From assembly GCA_963706735.1 (NCBI GenBank), contig CAVPNQ010000072.1, forward strand, positions 4,932 through 68,931: a stretch of DNA of 64,000 nt, in the 5' to 3' direction. Below the pieces are notes generated by a model that did not search any database, was not told the origin of the DNA, and saw only the letters and a program-made list of their open reading frames with translations. The translations under genes and the position numbers were made by a program. How positions within the stretch are numbered: position 1 is the stretch's first letter; each line of letters starts with the position of its first letter. Origin of the DNA: an uncultured Planctomycetia bacterium. Its GTDB lineage: Bacteria; Planctomycetota; MHYJ01; WSZJ01. Shown one piece after another: positions 9,293 through 20,195 of the stretch.

Positions 9293-9469
9293 TGCCTGAG
9301 TAGCTCCACGCTGATTCTGTGCCATGCAGCCGCCGCGATTTTCGCCGGCCCGCAAGGCGGAGACCGGAACCGGAGCGGAACGGAGCTCCAGTGAGGATCG
9401 ACAACGAAGCGGGACGGCGAAAGGCGCGCGGATGCATGGCACAGAATCAACGTGGAACTACTTAGCGCA
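9293..9469. repeat. Long imperfect inverted repeat (about 36-bp arms, roughly 33-35 matched positions) flanking a ~104-nt spacer between convergent genes
   Basis: Left arm tgcctgagtagctccacgctgattctgtgccatgca. Right arm tgcatggcacagaatcaacgtggaactacttagcgca, which overlaps the stop of the minus-strand gene at 9462. Confidence 0.6.
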
Positions 9470-9878
9470 TCACGGAGATGCTGCGCACGACCCAGCGGTC
9501 GCCCTTTTTGACCAGCGACACGACGAGCTTCGCCTCCTGGTCCTTCCCGTCCGCGTCCCTGTACTTGTAGTCGTAGATCGCCGAGGGGTTGTTTCCCCCG
9601 TCGTAGCCGTCCTTCTGCACCTTCAGCGACGAGGTCGGGTTGGACTCGAAGTACTTCTTGAGCCGGGCGATCGCCTGGTCGCGCGAATAGGAGCCCTTGT
9701 CGTCGAGCGCCAGCGACACCTTGGCGTCCTTGTCGAAGCTGGCGCCGACACCCTTCGCATCGCTGCCCGACCAGGCGGACTGGACGGACTCAAAGACGGC
9801 GACGGCCGCGTCTTCCGGGTCCTCGGCAAGGACCGGGAGGGCGAGGGCGATGAGAAGGAAGGGGATGAGGGTTTTCAT
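9462..9878 (-). CDS. Small secreted protein (138 aa), possible NTF2-like fold
   Basis: Signal peptide MKTLIPFLLIALALPVLA. The mature protein is hydrophilic. No motif I can name with certainty. Confidence 0.5.
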   Translation of the reverse strand: MKTLIPFLLIALALPVLAEDPEDAAVAVFESVQSAWSGSDAKGVGASFDKDAKVSLALDDKGSYSRDQAIARLKKYFESNPTSSLKVQKDGYDGGNNPSAIYDYKYRDADGKDQEAKLVVSLVKKGDRWVVRSISVMR

Positions 9879-10056
9879 GGTGTGTTGTCCGGGGCCGGAC
9901 CGCGTGTGGCGGTTCCTGCGCAGGACAAGTTTGCAAATGGAGTGCCTTGAGGCGAACCTATAACACCTTGTCCTCTAATGAGTTGCGACTTGTCCGAAAT
10001 CCACTCCCGTCCCCCGTCCCGGACAGTCCGCGCGTTTCGGGGACACTTATCTCACC

Positions 10057-11445
10057 CTACTTCAGACCGTACTTCTCGATCTTCTTGTAGAAGTTGCTTC
10101 GCGGCATATCGAGCTCTTCGGCCGTTTTCGACACGTTTCCGTCGTTCGAGCGGAGGCGTGACTCGAGGAAGAGCTTCTCGCTCATCTCCTTGAACTCCTC
10201 GTACGTCCGGCAGGCGTTGAACGGTCCCATGGGATCCGAGTCCGACGACGCCACGGCCGCGCGGGCGGCCTCGGCGAGCTGGCGCGTGCCGCCCATGGCC
10301 TTCGCCACATCGACTTCGGTGATCACGTCCCGGTCCGCGAGGATCGCCATCCGCTCGACGACGTTCTTCAGCTCGCGCACGTTCCCCGGCCACGCGTGCC
10401 CGGCCAGCCGCGTCTCCGCCGCGCCGTCCAGCCGCCGCGCCGGCAGCCCGCTCACCACGCAGAAGTCCGCGAGAAACCCCCGCGCCAGCACCGGGACGTC
10501 CGCCCGCCGCTCGCGCAACGGCGGCACCCGCACCGGGAAAACGTTCAGGCGATAGTACAGGTCCTCGCGGAACTCTCCCTTCGCAATCATCCCCGGCAGG
10601 TCCCGGTTCGTGGCCGCGACGACGCGCGCATCCACCGCCACCGTCTTCTGCCCGCCCAGCCGCCGCACCTGTCGTTCCTCGAGGACCCGCAGCACCTTGG
10701 CCTGCGCCTGGAGCGGCATATCGCCGATTTCGTCGAGGAAGAGGGTTCCGCCCCTGGCCTGTTCGAACTTCCCCGGCATCGACTTGCTGGCGCCCGTGAA
10801 CGCGCCGGGTTCGTACCCGAACAGCTCGCTCTCGATCAGCGTGTCCGGCAGCGCCGCGCAGTTGACGTCCACGAACGGCCCCTCGGCACGCGCCGACTGC
10901 TCGTGGATGAGCCTCGCAACCAGTTCCTTCCCCGATCCGTTCTCGCCGAGGATCAGGACGCGCGCCTCGGTCGTGGCGACCTTCGTGATCATCGCCCGGA
11001 CTTCCTTCATGGCGTCGCTCTCGCCCAGCATCCGCGTCCGAGACGCCACCCTCGTGCGCAGCACCCGGTTCTCCGTCGCCAGCCGCCCGTGCGCCGCCGC
11101 GTTCCTCACGGCCAGCAGCAGCCGGTCCCGGTCGAACGGCTTCTGGATGAAGTCCAGCGCCCCGCGCCGCGTCGCGTCCAGCGCGTCGTCGATCGTCCCG
11201 TGGCCGCTCATCATCACCACCGGGATGTCGATCCGCCGGTCGTGCAGCGCCGTCAGGAACTCCTTCCCGTCCATCCCCGGCATCTTCAGATCCACCAGCG
11301 CCAGGTCGAACGTGTCCCCCTCCAGCTTCTCCAGCGCCTCCTTCCCGTTCGACGCCTGCGCAGATTCATGCTTCTCGCTTGCCAGTGTCTGCGCGACCGT
11401 CTTGCGGATCGCTTCTTCGTCGTCCACGATCAGGATGCGGGGCAT
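10057..11445 (-). CDS. Sigma54-dependent response regulator (NtrC family: REC + AAA+ + Fis-type HTH)
   Basis: N-terminal REC domain (LIVDDE...D54-like DLKMPGMDG). AAA+ domain with GESGSGKE Walker A and the GAFTGA sigma54-contact motif. ESELFGYEPGAFTGA and [10 protein letters not shown] motifs. C-terminal HTH. Confidence 0.9.
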   Translation of the reverse strand: MPRILIVDDEEAIRKTVAQTLASEKHESAQASNGKEALEKLEGDTFDLALVDLKMPGMDGKEFLTALHDRRIDIPVVMMSGHGTIDDALDATRRGALDFIQKPFDRDRLLLAVRNAAAHGRLATENRVLRTRVASRTRMLGESDAMKEVRAMITKVATTEARVLILGENGSGKELVARLIHEQSARAEGPFVDVNCAALPDTLIESELFGYEPGAFTGASKSMPGKFEQARGGTLFLDEIGDMPLQAQAKVLRVLEERQVRRLGGQKTVAVDARVVAATNRDLPGMIAKGEFREDLYYRLNVFPVRVPPLRERRADVPVLARGFLADFCVVSGLPARRLDGAAETRLAGHAWPGNVRELKNVVERMAILADRDVITEVDVAKAMGGTRQLAEAARAAVASSDSDPMGPFNACRTYEEFKEMSEKLFLESRLRSNDGNVSKTAEELDMPRSNFYKKIEKYGLK

Positions 11446-11489
11446 GGCCCGATTGTAGTCGCCCCAGGCGTCGCCGCGTAACTCCCGCT

Positions 11490-12190
11490 TCAGACCCTCG
11501 CCGCTTCCACCACCATCCGCGGTCCCCGTTCCGCGTACGTCCCCTCATGCCAGTCCCCGAAGATCGCATACAGCTCGAACCCCGCATCCCGCAGTTCCGC
11601 CTCCACCCCGCGCCGGTCCAGCGCCGCCAGCCGCCGCGTCAGCGACGCGGCCGGCTGTCCCCCCGAGAACCACTCCCATTTCACTTCCACGTAACCCCCT
11701 TCCCGTCGCACGGTCTCAAATTTCGAGAAGCGCGTCCCGCCGAGCACGATTTCGCCAACGAGCCTCCTCGGGACCGACGACAGCGCCCGTGGCGAATGGT
11801 TCTCGATGTCGAGCAGGATCAGGCCGTCCGGTGCGAGCGACGCGTGCGCGCAGGCGAGGCAACGGGCCCGGGCCTCGCGGGTGGGAAGGGCCTGCCACGA
11901 CCCGTAGAGGGCGACGACGGCGCCGATGCGGCGGGCGGCGAAGCGCGAGAGGTCGGCGCGGAGGAAGGGGACGCCGGGTGCGTTGCGGCGTGCGCGGTCG
12001 AGCATTTCGGCGGAGGGATCGAGCCCGAGGTACGGGATCGCCTGCCGGCGCAGCAGGGATGCCAGGCGCCCGGTCCCGCACCCGAGTTCGAGGACGAGGC
12101 CGCGCGCCCGGGTCGCCCAGTAGCGGAGATCGCCGTCCTGCGGCGCGCGCTCGGCGTCCAGGAGATCCGCCACCCGCGCCTCCGACGTCA
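11490..12190 (-). CDS. Class I SAM-dependent methyltransferase
   Basis: Motif I VLELGCGTGRLA and motif post-I LGLDPS. GTG start overlapping the TGA of the upstream ORF (GTGA coupling). The long R-rich N-terminal extension in the six-frame ORF is rejected. Confidence 0.7.
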
Positions 12191-12634
12191 CGGCTTCTCG
12201 AGCCGCAGGGAGTCCCAGGCGCGCACAGCCCAGTCGAGATGCCCTTCGGCATCGAACGTGAACGACACGAGAGCGAGCTTCCGCCGCGAAGCCGTGAGCG
12301 TCGTGAGCGTCCAGAGCGCGCGGCCATCCTCGATTTCGCGCGTCATGTAGCCGCGTGCGAATCGACCTTCCTGCCGGAACTCCCACTCTTCCTCGGGCTT
12401 CTCCGCGGGGGAGTAGATCTCGTTCACGGAGCGTTCCGGCTCGCGGAACTGTGATTCGTAGAGGGCGATCCAGACGGTTCGACCGGTGGCGAAGAGACAG
12501 AGGTCGCCGTTCTCGACGCGTCGCCGGAAGCCGGCGCCGACGTCGATGGAACACTGGCGGGTGATGCGCTCGACGGGCACGGGGTGAATTATCTCACATC
12601 GGGGGCGGGCGTGGGAGGCGGCCGGGGAAAACAA
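12188..12634 (-). CDS. Hypothetical small protein, translationally coupled to the methyltransferase
   Basis: ORF with non-shadow composition (…WEFRQEGRFARGYMTREIEDGRALWTL…). Start is uncertain. Confidence 0.35.
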   Translation of the reverse strand: MFSPAASHARPRCEIIHPVPVERITRQCSIDVGAGFRRRVENGDLCLFATGRTVWIALYESQFREPERSVNEIYSPAEKPEEEWEFRQEGRFARGYMTREIEDGRALWTLTTLTASRRKLALVSFTFDAEGHLDWAVRAWDSLRLEKP

Positions 12635-12853
12635 GGCGGGGGGCCCGGCATTTCTGCCGAGCCCCCCGCGCCAGAGAGGGCGCCCCCCGACGGGTCCAGA
12701 GGGGGAAGTCTCCGGAGGGGAAGTTGCCGGAGGACGCCCCGTATGTCCTGAAAGTCAGCCGAAGAAGGGCTCTATATGTCCGCATCTTCGGCCCCAACAC
12801 CGGATCGAACCCGACCCGGTCCCTTCACAAGGCATCCTGCACCTTGGCCCGGC

Positions 12854-14215
12854 CTAGAAGTCGATCTGTACGCGGAAGATGAACATGTCCACGCCGTCCT
12901 CACGACGGCCGGCGATGACCAGCGGCTTCGTGTGTTCGTCGCTCTTGAATTCCTCGTGCACGTAGGCGATCGACACGCGGGTGTTCGCGTTGGGGAACCA
13001 GTTCACCCCTACTGCGTACTCGTCGACCTCGCGTGCGGAGGTGCCCTTGTTGAGAATCCCCTTATCGAACATGTCCCGGTTGAACTCGAACCGGCTGTAC
13101 CGGGCGACAACCTCGATGGCGCCGATGCCGCCGCCGCCACCAAAGAGAGGCTTGTTCGGGCGGATGCGATCCCAGGTCTTCTGGTCGCCGGTCAGGAGGC
13201 ACGACGCGCTCACGAAATACGCGGTGATGTGCGTGCGGCTGTGGCCCTTGTCCGACAAGTCCGTGTAGCCGTCGCTCGTGCGCAGGAACTCGGCCTTGAA
13301 GGACGCGGGACCGAAGAGCCAGTACAGCTCGGCCTGGACGCGGTAACGCTTCTCGTCGAACTTGATGGCGGAGCCACTCGGCCCGATATTCGCAAATGTC
13401 GTGCGCGTCATCGGGTCCGAGAACGTGTACGGCAGCGTGTTATTCTTGAGTTCGCGGCGGCCCGAGCTGGCCGACACCGCCAGGTGGAGGTTTTTGATCC
13501 AGTCGCTTTCCTGCGTGGCCAGCGGGCGGAACCAGATGCGGCCGGTGATGTCCTTGTCGCTGTTCTCGTCAGGGCCGTTACGGCCGTTGCCGTTGGTCAG
13601 GAAGAGGGCGTACCCGAAGATCTTCTCGACGATGTCTCCGTGAAGCTGGATGCCGACTTCGCGCGCTGGCACGAGGCGGTTCAGCAGGCTGCGCTCGGGC
13701 AGGTCGATGAAGCGGGTCGACGTCAGCTCTTCGAGCGACATCGGCGCCTTGAACTGGCCGACCTGCAGCTTCGCGAAGGAGAAGTGCTCGAAGCCGACGT
13801 AGCCGTCATCGAGCGCGAAGCTAGAACCGGTGGTAGAGGCTTCGACCTTGTAGGTCCAGTCCTTCCAGATCTTGCCCTGGAGGTAGATCTTCACCTGCCG
13901 GAAGTCGAACGTGTCGATCTTCTGGCGTTCGTTCATGTTGCTGTACAGCCGGGCGTGCCAGATGACGCGGCCGCCGATGGTGCCTTCGAGATTTCCGTCT
14001 CCGCTCTTGTACTTGAACCCGTCGCTGAAGAAGACGTCGATCTTCTTCGAAAGCGCCTGGGCCGCCGGAGACCCGGGCTCGGGCGCGGTGCCCTCGCTCT
14101 CCTCCTTCACCTCGAGCTTCTCCTCCAGTGCCTTCACCCGCTCCTCGATGGTCTCGGCGCAGGCGAAGCCGGCGCAGAGGGCGAGGAGTCCCAGCGTCCT
14201 GGACAGACGATTCAT
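12854..14215 (-). CDS. Phosphate-selective porin O/P family outer-membrane beta-barrel
   Basis: Signal peptide MNRLSRTLGLLALCAGFACA with an AGGAG ribosome-binding site. N-terminal coiled-coil segment, alternating amphipathic strands and a C-terminal Phe. Sits immediately downstream of phoU-pstBACS on the same strand. Confidence 0.7.
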   Translation of the reverse strand: MNRLSRTLGLLALCAGFACAETIEERVKALEEKLEVKEESEGTAPEPGSPAAQALSKKIDVFFSDGFKYKSGDGNLEGTIGGRVIWHARLYSNMNERQKIDTFDFRQVKIYLQGKIWKDWTYKVEASTTGSSFALDDGYVGFEHFSFAKLQVGQFKAPMSLEELTSTRFIDLPERSLLNRLVPAREVGIQLHGDIVEKIFGYALFLTNGNGRNGPDENSDKDITGRIWFRPLATQESDWIKNLHLAVSASSGRRELKNNTLPYTFSDPMTRTTFANIGPSGSAIKFDEKRYRVQAELYWLFGPASFKAEFLRTSDGYTDLSDKGHSRTHITAYFVSASCLLTGDQKTWDRIRPNKPLFGGGGGIGAIEVVARYSRFEFNRDMFDKGILNKGTSAREVDEYAVGVNWFPNANTRVSIAYVHEEFKSDEHTKPLVIAGRREDGVDMFIFRVQIDF

Positions 14216-14273
14216 CGTGCCTCCTGAGAAAAGGAACCTGTTCGTTTCACTGGTGCGGGAGGGTAGGAGGGGC

Positions 14274-14316
14274 GGATTCAGGCTCCACAAGCGGAGTTTT
14301 AAGAATGCGTAAAGAA
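14274..14316 (-). promoter_or_regulatory. Candidate Pho-box-like array upstream of the porin gene
   Basis: On the minus strand, TTTAC/TTAAA/TTGTG/TGAAT pentamers recur with 11-nt periodicity (tttacgcattc ttaaaactccg cttgtggagcc tgaatcc), about 60 nt upstream of the start. Confidence 0.25.
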
Positions 14317-14425
14317 TGGCCTCGCCGCCGCGAGGATTGTTCCGGACTTCACAGGGGCTTCACGCGCGCGCAACGCGCGGCGCCGATGATCTCCGCACAG
14401 GATCAACCCCTTGCGGAGGTGTTCC

Positions 14426-14815
14426 ATGACGGGACTCACGATCCGGACGGCGGTGATGGGAGACGGGCTGGTCTGCGTCGCTCTCGAGGGCGTGCTCGAC
14501 GGGCGCACGTCGGAGATGCTGGAGCGGGAAGTGCACGATCTGCTCGAACGCGGCCCCAACCGTCTCGCGTTCGACCTCGAGCGACTGAGCGTGCTGACCA
14601 GCGCCGGGGCGGGCGTCTTCGTCGGTGCGGTTGTCATGGCCCAGGAGCACGGGGGCGCGCTGGCGCTCGTCCGCCCGACCCCGCCGGTCAGGCACGTCCT
14701 CGATGTCCTCGGCCTGGGCGATGTCTTCCCGTTCGCCGATACGCTGGACGATGCCGCGACCCGCATGGAGAGGATCTGCGCCGCAAACGCCCCCCGCGTC
14801 GCCGAGACGGCGTAG
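14426..14815 (+). CDS. STAS-domain anti-sigma-factor antagonist (SpoIIAA-like)
   Basis: GGAGG ribosome-binding site. MTGLTIRT...LEGVLDGRTSEMLEREVHDLL...LAFDLERLSVLTSAGAGVF is typical STAS. Opposite orientation to the flanking pst/porin genes. Confidence 0.7.
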   Translation: MTGLTIRTAVMGDGLVCVALEGVLDGRTSEMLEREVHDLLERGPNRLAFDLERLSVLTSAGAGVFVGAVVMAQEHGGALALVRPTPPVRHVLDVLGLGDVFPFADTLDDAATRMERICAANAPRVAETA

Positions 14816-14825
14816 TCGGCGGCCC

Positions 14826-15497
14826 TCACGCGCCGGCGCGCACTCCGCGCCGGTGCCGCACGATCTCGCCCGTCACCAGGTAGATCGTGTCCTCCGCGAT
14901 GTTCGTCGCAAGGTCCGCGATGCGCTCCAGCTCCCGCCCGATCCTGTAAAGCTCAAGCGCCGCATCCACGTGCGCCGGGCCCTTCCGGAGTGTCCGCCGG
15001 GCTTCTTCCGTGATCTCCCCGTCCAGACGGTCGATCGCGTCGTCCGCCGCCACCACCGAGCGCGCTTCCTCCGCATCCTGCCGCCTCAGGGCCCGGATCC
15101 CCCGCGAGATCGCCTCCGTGACCCGCGCCGCCATCTCGCCGGCCTGGGGCGGAAGGGCGAAGGCGCGATCCTGGAGGACGGAGATCGTGAGGCGGCCGAT
15201 GTTGTTCGCGTGGTCGGCGATCCGCTCGAGGTCGTTGTTCACCTTGAGAATCGTCGTCAGGTAGCGCAGATCCCGCGCGACCGGCGCGTACAGCGCGATC
15301 ATCTTGAGGCACTCCTCCTCGATCCGCACTTCCGCCCGGTCCACTTCGCGATCCATCTCCGTCGAGCGCCGGGCCCGTTCGGCGTCGCCCGTGACGAGCG
15401 CGTGGACCGCGTCCTCGACGCAGCGCATCACGAGGTCCTCCTCGCGGGAAAGGAGCTCGTTGAGGGCGTCGACAGCCTGGGCAAAGTGCCGTGACAT
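14826..15497 (-). CDS. phoU: Phosphate transport system regulator PhoU
   Basis: Two PhoU repeats (…NDLERIADHANNI… and …ELERIADLATNIAED…). Adjacent to pstB. Confidence 0.9.
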   Translation of the reverse strand: MSRHFAQAVDALNELLSREEDLVMRCVEDAVHALVTGDAERARRSTEMDREVDRAEVRIEEECLKMIALYAPVARDLRYLTTILKVNNDLERIADHANNIGRLTISVLQDRAFALPPQAGEMAARVTEAISRGIRALRRQDAEEARSVVAADDAIDRLDGEITEEARRTLRKGPAHVDAALELYRIGRELERIADLATNIAEDTIYLVTGEIVRHRRGVRAGA

Positions 15498-15541
15498 CGT
15501 GGGGAGTCTCCTGTTGCGGGTCCGGGACCCGGGCTGGCCGA

Positions 15542-16312
15542 TTAGCCGAATTTGCCCGAGACGTAATCCTCCGTCTCGCGGTGCTTCGGTCTCTGGAAAA
15601 TCTCCGCCGTCGGGCCCTCTTCAACGAGGTCGCCGAGGAGGAAGAACGCGGTGCGGTCGCTGCAGCGGGCGGCCTGCTGCATGTTGTGCGTGACGATGAT
15701 GATCGTGTACTGCTTCCGGAGTTCGCGGAGGGTTTCTTCGATCTTGGCGGTCGAGATGGGATCGAGGGCGCTTGCGGGCTCGTCCATGAGGATGATTTCG
15801 GGATCGTTCGCGAGGGTGCGGGCGATGCAGAGGCGCTGCTGCTGCCCGCCCGACATGTCGATGGCGGAGCGGTCGAGGCGGTTCTTGGCTTCTTCCCACA
15901 TGTCGGCCTGGCGGAGGGAGCGCTCGAGGATCCGTTCGAGGGCGTCGCGGTCGCGGACGCCGGCCATGCGCGGGCCAAACGTGACGTTTTCGCGGATGGA
16001 CATGGGGAACGGGTTCGACTTCTGGAAGACCATGCCGACTTTCTTGCGAAGAGCCTCGAGGGAGACGCGGGGGTCGGCGATGTCTTCGCCGTCGACGAGG
16101 ATGCGGCCGGTCATCCTGAATCCGGTGATGACGTCGTTCATGCGGTTGAGGCAGCGCAAGAGGGTGGACTTGCCGCAGCCGGAGGGCCCGATGAACGCGG
16201 TCACCTGGCGGGCGGGGATGTGGACGGTGACGTCCTTGACGGCGTGGTGGTCGCCATAGAAAACGTCGAGGTTGTGGATGGAGACGGCGGAGGTGTCGGT
16301 AGCCGTGATCAC
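15542..16312 (-). CDS. pstB: Phosphate ABC transporter ATP-binding protein PstB
   Basis: Walker [13 protein letters not shown] signature LSGGQQQRL, Walker [12 protein letters not shown]. PstB-typical length of 256 aa. Confidence 0.95.
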   Translation of the reverse strand: MITATDTSAVSIHNLDVFYGDHHAVKDVTVHIPARQVTAFIGPSGCGKSTLLRCLNRMNDVITGFRMTGRILVDGEDIADPRVSLEALRKKVGMVFQKSNPFPMSIRENVTFGPRMAGVRDRDALERILERSLRQADMWEEAKNRLDRSAIDMSGGQQQRLCIARTLANDPEIILMDEPASALDPISTAKIEETLRELRKQYTIIIVTHNMQQAARCSDRTAFFLLGDLVEEGPTAEIFQRPKHRETEDYVSGKFG

Positions 16313-17904
16313 AGGGAGGAGCCCTTGAAGCGGCGGCTGAGGCGGTTGCGGAGGATGATGGCGGCGAGGTTGAGGCCGAGGACGAGCAGGAGGAGAGCCA
16401 GGGTGCTGGCGTAGGTCATGGGCTTGGCGGCCTCGACGTTGGGGGACTGCATGGAGACGTCGTAGATGTGGAAACCCAGGTGGGTGAACTTGCGGTCGAG
16501 GTGGAAGAACGGGAAGGCGGAATCGACGAGGGGCTGGGGAGCGAGCTTGACGGCGGCGCCGAGGACCATGAGGGGCGCGACCTCTCCCGCGCCGCGGCCC
16601 ACGGCGAGGATCATGCCGGTGAGGATGCCCGGAAGGGCCTGGGGGAGGACGAGGTTACGGATGGTCTGCCAGCGTGTGGCGCCGAGTGCGAGGGCGCCGT
16701 CGCGGTAGGACTGGGGCACGGAGCGCAGGCCCTCGGACGCGGCGACGATGACGACGGGAACGGTGAGGAGCGCCAGCGTGAGGGCGCCCCAGAGGATGCC
16801 GCCGGTCCCGAACGTCGGGTGGCCCGTGCCGGGAAAGAACGCTCGGTCAACGCCGGCGCCGAGCGTGTACACGAACAGGCCGAGGCCGAAAATCCCGAAC
16901 ACGATGGAGGGCACGCCCGCGAGGTTCGCCATGGCGAGGCGGACGATCCGCAGCGGCCATCCGTCGCGCGCATATTCGTTGAGGTAGATCGCCGCGACCA
17001 CGCCGAGCGGAACCGCGGCGATGGTCATGACGATGACGAGGAAGAGGGTTCCCATGATGACCGGGAAGATTCCGCCTTCCGTGTTCGACTCGCGGGGGCT
17101 GGTGGTGAGGAAAGCCCAGGCCCCGGCCAGGTAGTGACCGATCTTGCTGAAGAAGCCCATCCGGTTCGGCTGCCACGAGCGGACGATCGTGATGGCGGGG
17201 GTGGTCGCAATCGAGCCGTCCGCCTGCCGCCAGTCGATCGTGATCGCCTTGCCGGCCTCCTCGATTTCCTTTCGCTTCTTCTCCAGCCCGGCCAGGCGGG
17301 CGGGGTCGCGGGACGAATTCATGTCCTCGCGAACGGATTCCAGCTGGTGCAGCAGCGTCAATCCGCGGGAGAGCCCTTCATCCAGCGTCGCCGCCCCGTG
17401 GACGCCGGCGAAGTAACCGTAGAGTCTTCCGTACTCGACGCGATCGAGCGTCCAGGCATCGGCGGGGGCGGATTCCGAGGAGACATCCGCATCGTCGATC
17501 CAGACGAAGTCGTTCACACCGGCGGTTTCGCGGCGTCCGGCGTAGATCAGGCGGCGGCCCAGGCCCGTGTTCCTGCCCGGTTCGCGGCGCTCTCCGCGGT
17601 CGCGAACTTCCCCGAGTGTCACCGAGCCGTCTTTACGGCGGATTTCAATGGCGCGCGACGGCCAGAACTGGGCGAATCCCTCGACGACGGTGATCCCGAG
17701 GATGAGCACGAGCATGATCCCCACGATGACGAGCCCCGCGGCCGTGGACCAGATCCAGCCGCGCCCCTGCGACCGGCCGTCGTGCCGGTAAAGCGATTCC
17801 GGCGCCGGCGACGATCCCGTCGGCGCAGGCGGCGGGTTGACGGGCGGCTCCTCCGGCTCCCCCTGCAGGCGATCCGTCTTCTCGAGCACGCTAGACCCTT
17901 CCAT
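16309..17904 (-). CDS. pstA: Phosphate ABC transporter permease PstA, long form (531 aa) with extended periplasmic loop
   Basis: C-terminal half carries the permease core including the EAA-like loop ([16 protein letters not shown]). A ~250-aa N-terminal extension precedes it. Confidence 0.9.
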   Translation of the reverse strand: MEGSSVLEKTDRLQGEPEEPPVNPPPAPTGSSPAPESLYRHDGRSQGRGWIWSTAAGLVIVGIMLVLILGITVVEGFAQFWPSRAIEIRRKDGSVTLGEVRDRGERREPGRNTGLGRRLIYAGRRETAGVNDFVWIDDADVSSESAPADAWTLDRVEYGRLYGYFAGVHGAATLDEGLSRGLTLLHQLESVREDMNSSRDPARLAGLEKKRKEIEEAGKAITIDWRQADGSIATTPAITIVRSWQPNRMGFFSKIGHYLAGAWAFLTTSPRESNTEGGIFPVIMGTLFLVIVMTIAAVPLGVVAAIYLNEYARDGWPLRIVRLAMANLAGVPSIVFGIFGLGLFVYTLGAGVDRAFFPGTGHPTFGTGGILWGALTLALLTVPVVIVAASEGLRSVPQSYRDGALALGATRWQTIRNLVLPQALPGILTGMILAVGRGAGEVAPLMVLGAAVKLAPQPLVDSAFPFFHLDRKFTHLGFHIYDVSMQSPNVEAAKPMTYASTLALLLLVLGLNLAAIILRNRLSRRFKGSSL

Positions 17905-20146
17905 ACTTCCTCCGGAGCCTTGAGCCGACGAGTTCGGCGACGGTGTTGAGGGACGCCGTGAAGGCGAAGAGGAGCAGGCCCGTGAGGAACAGGACGCGAT
18001 AGAGGGAGCCGTTCACGGGCGCTTCGGGAATCTCGATGGCCATGGCGGCGGAGAGGGTGCGCATGCCGTTCCAGGGGGCTGGGTCGAGAATCGGCGTGTT
18101 GCCCGCGGCCATCACCACGATCATGGTCTCGCCCGCGGCGCGGCCGAGACCGAGGATGATGGCGGCGAAGAGTCCCGAGGCGGCGGCAGGTAGGATGACG
18201 TGGCGGACGGTCTGCCAGCGGGTGGCGCCGAGGGCGAGGGCGGCGCTGGTCATCGAGGCAGGGACGTTCGCGATCGCGTCCTCGGCGATGGTGAAGATGA
18301 CGGGGATGACCGCGAAACCAAGGGCGATGCCGACGAGGAAGCCGTTGCGGATGTCGTAAGTGACGTGGAGGACGTCGAAGAGCCACTGGCGGAGGTCGCC
18401 GCGGAAGAAGATGCGCTCGACGGACCCCTGGAGCAGGGCCGCCAGCAGGCAGGTGATGAGGATGACGAGGACCGCGCCGCCGATCTCGACGCCGGCGACG
18501 GGGTGGCGATCCGGCCGGCGCGGGATGCGTCCGCTCAGCGAGACGACGGCCGCGAAGACGCAGGGGAGCAGGAGCCCGCCCACGAGGATCGCGCAGAGAA
18601 GCCTCTCGACCACCGGCGCGAGCCAGAGTGCTGCGATCATTCCCACGACCACGCTGGGAATGCCGGCCATCAGCTCAATCGACGGCTTGACCCAGGAACG
18701 GAGCTTCGCGGGCGCGAACCGCGCCACATAGATGGCCGCCGCCAGCGAAATCGGGACCGAGAACAGAAGGGCGTAGAGCGTTCCCTTGAGCGTCCCGGCG
18801 AGAAGCGGCCAGAGCGAGTACTTCGGCTCGGAGTCCTGCGTTCCCGAGCTCGACTGCCAGATCAGCTCCGGGCCCGTGTAGCTCTCGTACCAGATCGGCG
18901 CGAGAAGGGAGGCCGCCGTGACATCCGGGTGGGGGTTTCGCAGCGTCCACGAGCGGAGGCCGTCGGTCCAGGTGGAGAGCTCTTCGCCGGTCGGCCCGAA
19001 GGCGACGCGAGTGGACGGCATCGGGGCGGGAGGAGGGATGGCCAGGGAGAGATTTTCGCTGGTGGCGTGGAAGACGGAGACTCCGCCCGCGGCGTCGCCC
19101 ACGGCGAAGCACTTGTTGCGCGGGCTGACGGCGATGACGCGGGCGGCCGCAGGCAAGACGGGGAATTCGCGGGCCGGCACGAACCTGTTGCCGCCTGTGG
19201 AAATCGTGACGGGGCCGCCCTTGGGGACGTGTTTCGAGTGGTCGCGGTCGAGAACGATGACGCTTCCACCCGGCGGGATCGCGTCGCCCAGTACCCGAGC
19301 CTCCGCCGCGCCGGCGTTGGCCAGCTTGACGTGCCGCGCCTTCATCCACCCGATGACGCTTCCGCGCTCGTCCGCGGCGAGGAGGGTCTCGTCGCCGAGG
19401 AGGAATGCGAGTGCCGTGCGGGGAGCAGGTCCAGGGGGCAGGTTCTGCACCCGGAGCGGCTCCGCCGCGTCCTCGACGTTCCAGATTTCGATCTCACCCG
19501 ACTTGAGCGCGAGGGCCAGGAGCTTGCCCGATCCCGCAAGCGCGACTGCCACGACAGCCTTCGCTTCCAGCGGCGTTTCCGCCGTGCCGGCGAGCCCCGC
19601 GGGGCCGCAGACCGTCACGACATGATCCCGGAGGACTGCGATCCGGGCGTGTCCTTCGTCGTCCCTCGCCGCCGCAATCTCGCACGGCGCCGGCGGCGAC
19701 ACCGACTGCTCGTCGAGCACGGCCACGCCGACGTTGCCGTCGCGTTTCTTCTCCACCCGCACCAGCGCAATCCGACCGTCCTCAAACAGGATCGCGACCG
19801 AGCGGGAAGTCCCGGCCTGCGCCGCCGCGACGGGCCGCGCGCCGTCATACCCCGGGAGCTGGATCCGCGCAGGGCGGCCGTCTTCGCCGATCTTCCACGC
19901 GCCGTCCCGCGTCACCCACCACGGCTGCCCCAGCCCTTCAATGAAGTCCAGCGCCAGGCACCCGCCGCCGTCCTTCAACACCACTGCGGCCTTCGCCTTC
20001 GCCGGCAGGATCAGCGGAATCGTGACCGCAATCAGGAAGACCAGAATTCCCAGCACGCACGCGACGATGAGCATCCCCCCGGCCGGGATCACTTTAGAAG
20101 CGATCCGGTCGAAGACGACGGCTCGGAGATTCGGTTCGTGGGCCAT
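17891..20146 (-). CDS. pstC: Phosphate ABC transporter permease PstC, long form (751 aa) with large N-terminal periplasmic beta-rich domain
   Basis: C-terminal ~300 aa is the PstC permease (…[16 protein letters not shown]…). N-terminal TM helix plus a ~400-aa periplasmic domain. Confidence 0.85.
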   Translation of the reverse strand: MAHEPNLRAVVFDRIASKVIPAGGMLIVACVLGILVFLIAVTIPLILPAKAKAAVVLKDGGGCLALDFIEGLGQPWWVTRDGAWKIGEDGRPARIQLPGYDGARPVAAAQAGTSRSVAILFEDGRIALVRVEKKRDGNVGVAVLDEQSVSPPAPCEIAAARDDEGHARIAVLRDHVVTVCGPAGLAGTAETPLEAKAVVAVALAGSGKLLALALKSGEIEIWNVEDAAEPLRVQNLPPGPAPRTALAFLLGDETLLAADERGSVIGWMKARHVKLANAGAAEARVLGDAIPPGGSVIVLDRDHSKHVPKGGPVTISTGGNRFVPAREFPVLPAAARVIAVSPRNKCFAVGDAAGGVSVFHATSENLSLAIPPPAPMPSTRVAFGPTGEELSTWTDGLRSWTLRNPHPDVTAASLLAPIWYESYTGPELIWQSSSGTQDSEPKYSLWPLLAGTLKGTLYALLFSVPISLAAAIYVARFAPAKLRSWVKPSIELMAGIPSVVVGMIAALWLAPVVERLLCAILVGGLLLPCVFAAVVSLSGRIPRRPDRHPVAGVEIGGAVLVILITCLLAALLQGSVERIFFRGDLRQWLFDVLHVTYDIRNGFLVGIALGFAVIPVIFTIAEDAIANVPASMTSAALALGATRWQTVRHVILPAAASGLFAAIILGLGRAAGETMIVVMAAGNTPILDPAPWNGMRTLSAAMAIEIPEAPVNGSLYRVLFLTGLLLFAFTASLNTVAELVGSRLRRKYGRV

Positions 20147-20195
20147 GGATTGAAAAGGCGCGGGGGCCGGGACGATGTCCCGGCCCCCGGACCGC

